Shown here: piece by piece, positions 24,801 through 36,400 of the stretch | Layout of the letters: the number at the start of each line of letters is the position of its first letter | Position numbering within the stretch: the stretch's first letter is position 1 | DNA from: Tubiluchus corallicola | Taxonomy: Eukaryota > Animalia > Priapulida | Assembly (NCBI GenBank): GCA_030141605.1 | Contig: JAQGDQ010000078.1 | Span: 558,001-622,000, forward strand | Reading direction: 5' to 3' | Length of the DNA stretch: 64,000 bases | Notes under the pieces: model-generated | The model's input: only the letters and a program-made list of their open reading frames with translations | Told to the model about the DNA's origin: nothing | The model's database searches: none | Position numbers and translations under genes: made by a program

Positions 24801-27800
24801 CACTGGCTTGTAGGTTAATATGCAATTCGAAAGTATTGGCACTTGGGCAAATGCAGCCATGGTAAGGCTATTTCAAACTTGGAAATGCAAATTTAAATCA
24901 TCTCTTAAAAGTAACTTGTAACTTTTTTCCGTTAGAAGAATTCCCAGATTACAAGTTTAGCAACTTTAATTTGAATCTGTAAACCTGGATGTATCCTACC
25001 AAATCAGGGTTTCATCTTATTGTTAATTTCTGCATTTCGTACTAGTAAATAAATGCACAGAAAATTATATACATGGCGATTATACAATTGGCACCACTTA
25101 ATAGATTCACTTTGGATTGGAAATTTTTTGACTGACTGAATCTATTAGCTTCAGGGTGTAGTATTGCTAGTGTAGAAGTACAAGTCATCACTCCTCTGTT
25201 TAGTAAGCACTGCAAAGGCTGCTAGAGCTTTAAATGTTATGCATATCCTTCATTTTCAAAATTAGCTCTGTGTTCTTAGCTGCTCTATGATGTTTACGCT
25301 TGTAAAGTCGCAAAGAATACATCGGCATAACAGCACCAGTTAACTGATTCGGCGTTCCATGAAAAGCGCCAAGAGCTTCAAAGTGAAACTACGAGACATA
25401 TGACAAAAAGTTTAGCTTCCATAAATTTATGACCAGAGGATAATTACAGCAGATGAGCCAGTGACAGATTCAAAGCAAAAAACGCACTTAACATGACTGC
25501 TTCTATGCGCTATATAGTGTACAAAAGCGAGGTACAGTTGCTACTTTTATGCCACAATACGTGGCATAAAAGTAGTAAAAGCTCTTTGATCACATGCAAA
25601 ATATCGAGTCAACAATGCAGAGTTACATGAGTCAATTACTGACAGTTCGTATATACATTTGAAGAAAACCAGCTGATACCAAATGTTTTTGAGGTAATTA
25701 GGCAACTGATTGGATTAACCATGAGTCTAATAAATGGCGACCACTGTATTTATAATTTCTTACCATGAAGAACAGCTGCCTTTGAATCTGCAGTAATAGC
25801 CTTGTATGATTCTTTGATATCAGCTTCTTCAATGTAAGAATGAGACTCACTAACTTTGCAAATTGGCATTAACTGAAAAAAGTGTGACATTATACAACAT
25901 TATATAACTGAAAATACTATCACAAGACACCTATGCAAACTATTAGTATTTCACTAGAATAACAAATTGGCGTTTTAAAATGACAGCTTATTTACAATAG
26001 GAAAGAATAAGCAAACAATAAAATTTACAGAACATTGAAAAGTATCTAAAACAAAAACAATAAACAATATGAAGCATACAAGCAGCATATGTAATTTCCT
26101 GATGTCCTTGGTTGTGTCATAAAGATCCTGCAGCATACTTCTTACTTCACTTGAACAGCTCAGCAACTAAAATTTATCACAGAATACTGAACTATTCATT
26201 AGAATTGAAATGTGACAAGTATTAGGACCAGATTTTTTTTAAATCTAAACGGAAGCCACACAGTTTTATGTTAAAACACAACCATTTTATTGTGGCATCA
26301 TCACGTTAAATATTGATATCAGCAAAAGTTTAATCAAATAAGGCGGCAACTGATAGTCATCATTTTTTGCAATTTTGTCATCATGTAAGTTCTCATAATC
26401 ATGGGGTGTAATTGACTGCGATTTACTTAAAATGCTACCATTCACAACAAAAGTTTACATTACAGCGAATATACTAATCTTATAGAGACTAAAATGTACC
26501 CAAGTATTGTCCATGCAAGTGTGAAAACAAACCTTTATGTGAGTATTCCACTTTTTACTGAACTTCTTATCAGAAAAGTCATTAGGAAGCAACAAGGTTT
26601 CCTGGAATATCTTTACATAGTCTTCAAATGTTATGTTGTTAAAGAGATATATTTGCCTATGGGAAAATCTGGATTTAACTCTTTTTTCTAACAGCTCTAT
26701 AACATCCTGCAAGAATAATATGGACTGCATTACATACATTTTATTAATAATCAGCTCTCATGGCATATAGTTTCACACTATTTTTTTTTCTCTTCAATAT
26801 TTATTCAGCTCTAGGTTAGGGGTGAGCATTCTCAACTAGACAGTGAATTCGAAGCGAACCGAATTTGTGATTTTCGAATTTGAATCGAACCGAATTTCAG
26901 TAGCCTTCGTCATATCATCCTGTTCAAAAAAATAAACATTTTCAACCAAATGGTGTAAATTTCACGTTGCATTTGGGATGCCGAGAGACCTTCTGTTATC
27001 CTGCCTGGCACATGGTAATTAAGGTAAAGACAGTGGTAATAATAACTTACTAAATACTACTATAACATAGTTGTTGTTTATAGCATCCATGCTTGTGTTG
27101 TTTACTGAATTTAAAATCATCCAAATTTCTGTCAGATTTTGTCAGTAAAATTTGCTAGCAACTAAAATATTGTTCCACAGTCTGGTCCTCGACAGGTACA
27201 TCTTCTAAGGGCTGACAACTTGCTGGATGGCATCATGGCCCGCTACAGGTGAAGCTGGTAGGCGTTTCACAATTTGTATTCAAAGACTGAACAAAAACAA
27301 ACCAAACCAAATTTTAGAGCTCAAAACGGATGGACTTAAAGCCATCGACAAAATGACTAAGATCTAGAAAAACTCACGACACTGAGCAGGCAGACGGGTG
27401 CGAAGTACACTATAGAAAGGAGTTCTAACAACTGATGATGTCAATGATGGTGTCTACAAAACTATTTCTGTATAGGAAACCAATAACTCAACCAATCGCA
27501 AGTAATGTTATGTTCTTTCTCTGTGAATCGAGACATTACCTATAGATTGGCTGGACAGGTATCTATGCATTAAGTATAAGGCAAGTTCAGCTCTATATTA
27601 AACAAATCCAGGATGCACCTGCAACTTGAAAATATAATAACCCCGAAGCCAGATGTTTGTTATATGGCTAAACAAACTAAACTAATCAAACTTACCAATC
27701 TACAGGTGATGCCTATTATACAGGTAGGAGTTTGAGCAGATTGTGAAACATCAAACAAGTTGTAGAGAAGTGTCTGATTCTTGTGCTGAGCAAACAAATC

Positions 27801-30800
27801 AAATTCTTCAATAACAAATAGTATGGAGAGACTTTGCTTGCTACCTAAGACAATTAAATTATATGATAAACACAATTTAAAATCATACTTATTCGCACAA
27901 TTTCATGCTGAAAACTTGTTGAAATTACATTATCAATAGTTTGAACAAAAAAAACAGTAGTATTAAATTTGATACTGTTTATTGTACAAAGAACGTAGAA
28001 TGATATGAATGCAAAAGGAATCATAGACGGATTGACCAAAATGGTCGTCTTCCATTATCCGTTGCTAAGAAGTAACTTAAAAGAATCATTGTAATTTGTC
28101 TCTGCTCCTACCTGTGATTACTTCTTCAACACTGAGCATAAAATAAACCAATAATAGTAACTGCGTGGTTCAGAAAGTATGTATTTAAAAGATATACACA
28201 ATTTATTTAAGCATACTGGTATCAGAAACCTAATCAGTAGAGAAAGGTACAATTATAAATCCAATGTCACAAAAAAATCTAACATTACTGCAAGACTTTT
28301 GACAGATGCAAATTAATGCTCTTTGACACTTCTGGCATTGAAGCTAGAACTTTCTCTTAAATTTTTAAGTTATTTTTCTTTTGTTTGCATGATTTAGTTC
28401 AAAATTGTAAATTTCAGTTAATTATTTTAATTATGTTTTTTGATATTACACTTTCTAATAACAAAAATTAATTACCAATTATGCTCGTCACACTAATATA
28501 AAATTGGTAAAAGTGCCATAATTAATAATAAGTAATCTTAACTGCATAAGGTTGACTGACTAGATAATTTATGGGTTCTTTGCCACCCTTCTCCTGTGCT
28601 TCAGTCATATTGTATGTACTGTTTCTAATCTGATAAAATTTGTGGAGTTAATTAAAATTAAACGAATCAAGTTGCAAACAATACTAATCTTGCAGGACCT
28701 ATAACAAACAAAATTGTCTTAAAAACTATACAACTGGTATTAATTTACTATACCAGAATTGCAAAAAAATGAAAAAAACACTCTTTAATTCTCAATATAT
28801 GAGTAATTACAGGTAAAATTAGCAGAAATTAAGCCATTTGTGGTGAATAATTTGGTTACTATTCAATAAGCTACAAAATGCAGATGAAAAGTACAGCTGA
28901 TAAGGAAGCATTCATCAGCGTCCAATTTTTAACTTCTACTTTAACTTATATTTATAACTTATTCAACCCACATCACAATTTGGAAACGTTATTGTAATTG
29001 CAACTGTAGTTTACATACTGTTGTGGGATGGGAGACCATTACATGGCAAAAACACTGCAAAACATACAGGTCAAAAACACTACTAACATAAATAGCATAC
29101 AAAATAGAATGCAGTAGTTTGATCGATAGTGACAAGTGGTGATGAACAATAAATGATGATCAGTGAACAATTTATCATACAGAATGTTAACTATTAATAC
29201 TATAACTCTATAGGATTTTACCAATGACTGAAGTACAAACATGCATAACCTGAAGTGAGATCATTATACAGCACACGTAGGATCAACTTATTTTGACGAT
29301 TATAATAAAGTGCACATACATAACGATTATCTAGTTGATAATTATAATACAGATGAAGTGCTCATTAAGCATTCTGAAACAATCAGAATGTTGATCACAT
29401 ATTCAATGAAAAACAGTGTTTAAAACTCTTATTCGGTCTGTATAACAGTTAATAACACAATTTTCAAAAGGCTTAGTTTCAATAACTTACCACTTTTTAT
29501 GGATTCTAATAAAAACGTCAATGTTTCTGCAAATGAACCCTACAAAAAAAAACAGTGTGTGAATTCTTATCATAAGCGAAGTGCAATAAGAGGAAAACAA
29601 GCCTGATGACACAACATTCTATCTTGTTTCATACATGTAATGTATTACGACACAAAATTACAGAATACTAAATAGAGAATACCTCATCTTAGTCGTGTCT
29701 GACTTAGTGATACATCACTGTGCTAATACATAAATACAGTATTGGGTAACACGGGATAGTGCCCTATTAAAAATCTAGGTAGGTAAAAGTTTGTTCACTT
29801 TATGTTTTTAATGGAAAAAACACAAGACTTGGTTTTTTTCACACATTGCGGTAATGTTTGATAAACAATATATCTAAATAGTAGCTAAAGGTGATTTCAT
29901 TCTTAGTACAAGTGAATATCTAAGTAGTAAATCTATCCAGCACAAAAACCACCAGTGACCTGCTAGAATCACTAATAATAACATATTTCTGATTTATAAA
30001 AATTGGTTATCCACAGTGCACTTTAAACACACCTTTAATTTATGCCCACCTGCTACAATTTATCTCATATTTGCAATGTCTACTTCATCTATTGCTTTTG
30101 TAAATCCACAGGCAACTCACACACCACAGATCAACCAAAAAAACTTACAAACACACGGTCTCCAAGTGTATTCTCTAACTGAAGCTGCCTAGCAATTTCC
30201 TTCAAGGCAATGCTGTCATCCCACTGTAAAAAACCTACAGACACAGAACAGAATGCAGTTAAGTAAAATGTACTAGAAAACATATTATTATGTACAATCA
30301 GCATGATAAAATTCATTAAAAAGGCTTTGTTACGACTTTCACACTATTTGTCACAGTCTCAATCCAAAATCACCTGAATCTTTCACTCAAAGTCAAATTG
30401 TAACGTAAACTCTCCAAAGCAGTACCCTGTCAACTAGATTTAGCTATTAATAATGTTTAAATATTGCTTATGAAACAAAACTGCAATAAATATTTGTTAT
30501 ATAAGTGAGTATGATAAGTCTATCTCCCCAAATACATGTCTTGAACGTATAAAACAATAAAGTGCCTAGAAAAAATAATAATGGTAATAGCAGTACGGGC
30601 CATTCATTAGACTCATGGGTAATAGAATCAGTTGCCCAACTGACTCAAAAACGTCTGAAACAGGCCGCTCCTATTCAAATGTATATAAATATTGTTGGCA
30701 ATTGTCTCAAATAATGTTGCATAATTGACTCAATATTTTTCCTTCACGTACTAAAAACAACATCCTCATGCGTGTCCAAAGAGCTTTTACTGTTTTTATG

Positions 30801-32696
30801 CCATCTTTACATCGATTATGTGTGCTAGTTAAAAACAGTCACGTTAAGTACAGCTTTTTTGTAAGAAGGTACAGTAAGATTTATCGTATGCACTAATATG
30901 ACAAGCGTAGTAGTTTTGCTGTGAATCTGTCACCCGCTCATCCACTGCAGTTAACCTCGTTGTTTCGGAAGCTAAACATTTAATCACTTGGCCAGCCGTT
31001 TGCTTTTGAAGTTCCCACTGCTTTTCACACGGGAAACAAGGTCATCTTTAACTGCAGCTCATGCACTAGGTGACTAGGTGTTGTACGTGAATATGTACAG
31101 TATATAGCAACAGATTTTCAACATTTTCATCATTATGAGAATTTCATAAACAAACTTCTTCATGAAGACATGAAGCAACGGACATTGCATGTAATTTTTA
31201 GTGGTAATAATCAGATTTGAGAGATTTTTTTATGTTCTTATTTTACTAATTTTACTTATATAAATTTGTATTCTTAAATAATTGCACACAGGAATTTTGA
31301 CATTAATTCGTTGCTAAAATTCACTTAAAGCCTTTGCAATGCATACTAAGGTGATAAGTCATGTGTTATGTTACATATATATGATGAGTCATGTAGTAAT
31401 ATGTTACACAGTCAGTTAATTGAATCACTCAGTTAATTGGGTCAAAACACTCGTTCCAATGTGAGTCTATTAAGCGGCAACTACTGTAGTAGTATTGGTA
31501 GTGGTCGTGGTTGTAATAGTAGTAATAGTAGCAGGAGTAGTAGTAGTAATAGCAGCTGCAGCAGCACCAGCAACAGCAGCAGTGGTAATATTGAAGTAGT
31601 GTTTCAATTTTATCCTTACCATTTAAATGCACTTGTATCAAATTGTTTCTCACATCACTGACATTTTGCAGTTCTGCCAAGATACTTTTGATTAACTGAA
31701 AGTAAAGCAAATCAAGTGAGTTACAACAACTAAACTATAATCAATCAACTTGTACAGTGTTAGTAAGAGAATAAACAATCACTGTTATACTTATGCCTGT
31801 TGCCACACAATGCTATACTATTAAAATGTTTCCATCATTGTTTTCCACACATCAAATGTTGTGTATAAACTTAAAAGTAATAAATTTTACAAAGTAAACA
31901 AAAAACATTAAAAAGGGACAGGAGCCCCATATGCCTCGAAAACAAGATGTTGGTGTTATGAATTAAAAGTACATGTGGAAAGCATTGCAAATTATACAGA
32001 TGCCTAGTTTCGCTTACAACATCACACGTGTCTGAATGATAATTAGTAATTAAAATGTTACACCTAAAACTTACCGCCGTTTTACCCGATCCTCTCTGAC
32101 CAATAACAAGTGCAGAGTTACTTTCTCCAAAAAGAGCTGTTCGCTTTATTAATTCGAAAAGTTGTCTGAAAGAATTGTTATTGTCAAACATTACAGTCAT
32201 TCAACATGCATCATTAGTTTAAATGCTTTTGGAACATGAATGTACTTATAACGTCTATTACCAAGATGATTAACATTTGATTCAAACAGTTTCTGTTCCG
32301 TTCGAGTCATCCTTAGCATACATGATAAATTATTAATTTATTAGAATAACAAACATTTTTTTCTATAACAAACACCAACGTATTATCTATATAAACTTTA
32401 ATTTCAAATATTGCATAGTTAAGGGAGATTCGAGGCTCAAACTGAGTCAAAATGTCCCAAATTTAGTGTGAACTAAATAATTTTAGCTGAATAAATGCTG
32501 GATTTCATAAAATGATTAACATTAGATTTAAGAGAAATAATTTGCAATAGCATTGAAATTGATAATATCCTTAAAGTGTAAAGTTCACTAACTGTCTCTC
32601 CTGCTCATAGTTTCCGATTAAACTGTGTTGGCGGAAAGACGTGTCACACAGCCGGGTGCGCAACACACGTTTTGCTGCAATTTCTGGTACCGTCAT
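21893..32696 (-). CDS. ORC4: Origin recognition complex subunit 4 (AAA+ ATPase), ~422 aa, 12 coding exons
   Basis: Exons 32696-32593, 32165-32075 ([17 protein letters not shown], Walker A), 31695-31620, 30234-30149, 29539-29491 ([11 protein letters not shown]), 27844-27696 ([23 protein letters not shown]), 26706-26533 ([14 protein letters not shown]), 26166-26080, 25872-25764, 24637-24542 (GLSVLEVCL...PFNFEMIY), 22993-22929, 22075-21893 ([10 protein letters not shown]). Total 1269 nt; all introns GT-AG. Confidence 0.95.
23770..25322. repeat. Direct duplication of ~350 bp (23770-24118 and 24973-25322) flanking an ORC4 exon
   Basis: Both copies start GAATCT(T/G)TAAACCTGGAT and end GTCGCAAAGAATACAT. 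Confidence 0.85.
25085..25746. mobile_element. Family B element, inverted relative to 14014
   Basis: TA|CAATTGGCACCACTTAATAGATTCA...TGAGTCTAATAAATGGCGACCACTG|TA. Confidence 0.75.
30596..31486. mobile_element. Family B element
   Basis: CATTCATTAGACTCATGGGTAATAGAATCAGTTG...GAGTCTATTAAGCGGCAACTACTG|TA. Confidence 0.7.
31485..31590. repeat. Compound (TAG/CAG)n trinucleotide repeat in an ORC4 intron
   Basis: Directly visible; explains the spurious poly-Tyr/Cys and poly-Ser ORFs. Confidence 0.85.
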
Positions 32697-32879
32697 GGAG
32701 ACGTGTTACACTCTAGAACAAACACAAAAACCACACTTTTCACACAAATAAAGCAGAAATAGAGTGATTCTCTGATGAACTGCAACGAGGATCAAGATTA
32801 ACCACCACTGAGAGGATCATATTGCCATAGACTTGATTAATTACGCTCATCAGTCCAATACACTATCTACGTACTTTAC

Positions 32880-33400
32880 TTTAAGCGTGGCGCGAATGCA
32901 AATTTATGTGGATTGTCAAAACACGATCACAAGCTAACAAACACAGTGCTGTTACCTGTTGTCCAAAAGTTAAAACTTTTGCGGGGTTTACGTGGGATAG
33001 TGAGATTAGCATTTCTTGCGATTCCAAGAATACTTTTGAGAAATTTCGCACATTACAGTTACTACAAATAATTTTAGCAACTTAATTATATATTTTTATG
33101 TTATTTTAAATAAAAAGTTAAAATAGCATTTGCTGTTAATATGTTTTGCCCTTTTATTACGTCATCCCTGTCGGACATACGTGCTCTTACGTGGCTGACT
33201 GTAGCCATGTTCCTAAGATTTAGTACATGGGAATACAAACCTTAATAAACTTTGTGCCGCAAGAAAAGAAATTTGATTGTATTCATAGTAAACTATTTGG
33301 CGTGAAGTACAAACATGGTAATATATTAGAGCGTACCAAATTATTAAGAGTTGTTGTTATGACTTTGCCTAATCTTTAAAAAATTGCAGCACGTGGCATT
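32880..33400. promoter_or_regulatory. Shared bidirectional promoter region of ORC4 and ARCN1
   Basis: The start codons diverge 619 bp apart. The ORC4 5'UTR intron is 32955-32713. There is an E2F-like TGGCGCGAA (32888-32896) and ACGT-core sites TTACGTCA (33157), TTACGTGGC (33187) and CACGTGGCA (33390). Confidence 0.6.
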
Positions 33401-36400
33401 CGATGCCTAATACTAGTAATAAGTTTATTAAGTAACAGTTTTTACTAATGGGTAATGCAATAATATTAATACTGAGCCTAGTGAGCCCTATGTAGTTGAT
33501 ATTGTAAGGTAGTGATACTGAGATGGAATCCCTAATCCAGAGATGAGGGTATTACTATTAGCTGTGTATTTTATCTTACTGCCATCAGAGTGCAGCTTTA
33601 CCATTTTATTTTAATATAAAATGTTTTAATATAAAGTAGTTTATTATTAATTGGTATTGTTCATGGTGATACTTAAAATGCGATCGCCGTGGATAAACAG
33701 GACATGCTTGCTGGCTGATAAATATGAATTGCAAGTGCTAGGTGATCTTCTGCATATGGTGATATAAGTACCAAAGGGTTTAGAAATATGTGACGGTATT
33801 TAACGGAGAAACAATGGCATGCATACATTGAAAAAGGGTCTGATGTGTTAGGAAATTTATATAGAAACGGATGTTGTGCGAATATTCAACAGTAGAGAGG
33901 TATGGATGGTATAAGGATATACGATTTATGAGATTGTATGGATGATTAGTGGGAGACAGAGTTAATGGTAAAAGCAAGGGTGGGTACAGTTGAATTGAAT
34001 GGTAATCCTCTATTTAAATGAAAAAAATGTTAACACGAGGGTTTATGTATATAAAAAGTTATGGAAATTTTAGAACATATTCTACTGTATTGTGAATTAT
34101 TTGGACTTGAAAGGAATAATATATTTGGAATATGGTAAATGAGAGTGAAAGATGAGTTTGGCTTTTTTGGTGATGGTATAAAGGAAGCAAAAATTGTTCT
34201 GGGTGAAGCTGTGGAAAAAAGATAGCATTGTAGTCAATACAAGGAAAAATAGTGGAACTATTGGAAATAGTTGAATAGTGGGCACTATTGCTAATGGATT
34301 TACAGGACTGTCGAGTGGAGGATTAGATTATCTCTCGCCCTTTTAAAGAGGGTGTGAAACATAAAGATGGAGATGATGATGGTGATGATGATGATGATGA
34401 CGACGATGCAATTCTAAAATCAACAGGCGAATTTCTAACCTTCTGCTTTCTGTTTCTTAAGCCCCTTAGTGGTTCAGATATGTTAGTGATTAGTTTCTCA
34501 TGCTCAGCAGTTTCACATATTTGTATGTTCCTTGATAATTATGCATTTAGTTGCCACTCTGTGACCTAGAGAATTTGTTTTTTCAAGAGAGTTTGCAAGT
34601 TCAGCAAAAATTACAGATTTTTTTATTTTACAAAACAAACTTTAATTAGTTACAGTTTCTAGCAAAGGTTAGTTATTTTAACTTATTCTTTATTTACTTC
34701 TGACTTTTTTCAGTTATATCACATCAACCTTTTAACATAGGTATCATGCACATATGTTACTTACTTAGTGCTTAGTTCTCTTCATGCCAGGAAGTGTATA
34801 AGGACATGACTCTCTCTTCAAACAATTCCTCCATTCCGGGCAACTCCTCTATACTTCCACTGTCCTTCTTCGTGTTGATTTTGGTCTCCCCTTTGCCTTG
34901 CCTCCTTCCAGTGTCTCCTTTGTATCAACAATTGCTGCACTTTATCTGTACCACCGGCCACCTTGTAATTTGTCACTGGCTGCTGCCATCTAATCCTGAA
35001 TATCCTTCTCAGGAACTAAAGTGCGTCACTTCCATACATTTACACCGACCTCACAAGCAATTTAAATTGTTTTATTTTTTGTCCTCGTATTTGAAGGGGA
35101 CCTCTGCGCTTTGGCTGCTCCCATTAGATACAGGCTGCTCTGCATAGATGAGAAGTTGGATTACACCTTGCCTGTTGCAATCCATCAATTACAAATGATA
35201 AACGTAGTTTTATTAAGTCAGTTCCAAATCTTAGCAGTTTGAATCATTTGCCTTTTTGTTGTTCTTTGTAGTTATGCAGTAAACTGCTGTTTTGATGTTC
35301 AACTTTGTTGACAGGTTACTTGCTTACCTGTGCAGATGCTCTGCCTTGTAATAAATGAATTGAGATTCAAATTGTGGAATGAGTATGTTTGTGATTGTGA
35401 CATACATTTTTTTAGGTTTTGTTGGCAGCAGCAATATGTACAAAGGCTGGAAAAGGTAAATAAAATATCTTACTTTTCATCTTGCAAGTTTGAAACTAAA
35501 GATTAAACATAACCACTTGTCATATGGGAACTATAATACAGAACAGTGCAGATCTTTGGGTTCTTGTATGATCTGGTTTCTCCAGTAAAAGAGGACTGAA
35601 ATAGCTAGTATGTAATTCATGGCTCTCCAAGCACTTTTGGGCACATCTTGCAGATGTGGCATGAATTTCTTTTTCCAATGCTATGAAAATCAATTTTCTG
35701 TCTAACCACCATTCAGTGATTCTTATAATTTTGCATGCTGATATCACCCGAGATTCGAAATTCCATTCTACACCCTCAACAGAGAAGACAAAAACAAAGC
35801 GTTGAATTCTCAAGTCAAGTTAACAACTGCTATTACATTAATTAACTGCTTATAAAGTGCTGCAAGAAATTTTTGAAATTTTAATAAAACATCAAGTGGA
35901 ATAATTTTAATGTGACTTTTGTTCTTGTTTCATTTCAATTAAAGAAAAACAGGAGGATTTTTCACATCCTACTTATTTGAAGTATGGTAAAAAGTATACG
36001 TTATAATGTCTATAGTAATACAAAGCATTTCTGATAATCAAATAATAGGTTAAAAACTTGATTAACGGAGGGCGAGCTCAACTAGTGGTGACATCACAAC
36101 TGAACATATTTTTCAATGGCACAAACAGTCCATGAGCTTGTTGCACGTGTTTGCAAAAGCAAAATGCTGCTACTGTCATTGTGTTACATAAAAACTAAAT
36201 TTTAAGTTTACAGCTGTGTTCACACATGAGGTCTCGAACGTATGTGTCACCTCCGATAGCGTTCTTCTGAACTGAGAGCTACAGCACCTGTTTTTTGTAC
36301 AACAAATTTCTGAGATATAGGCATTAGTACCACCTGTAACTAGCGAATTGTGAATTTCATATAACAGCGAAAAAGTAACAGCACGAAGAGGAATTAAGTC

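Noticed and set aside
31429-31619. Poly-Cys/Tyr and poly-Ser ORFs
   Set aside because: Translations of an intronic trinucleotide repeat.
33780-34300. Possible LINE (CR1/L2-like) remnant in ARCN1 intron 1; a similar hint at ~63150-63500
   Set aside because: Only vague motif resemblance; too decayed to support without a profile search.
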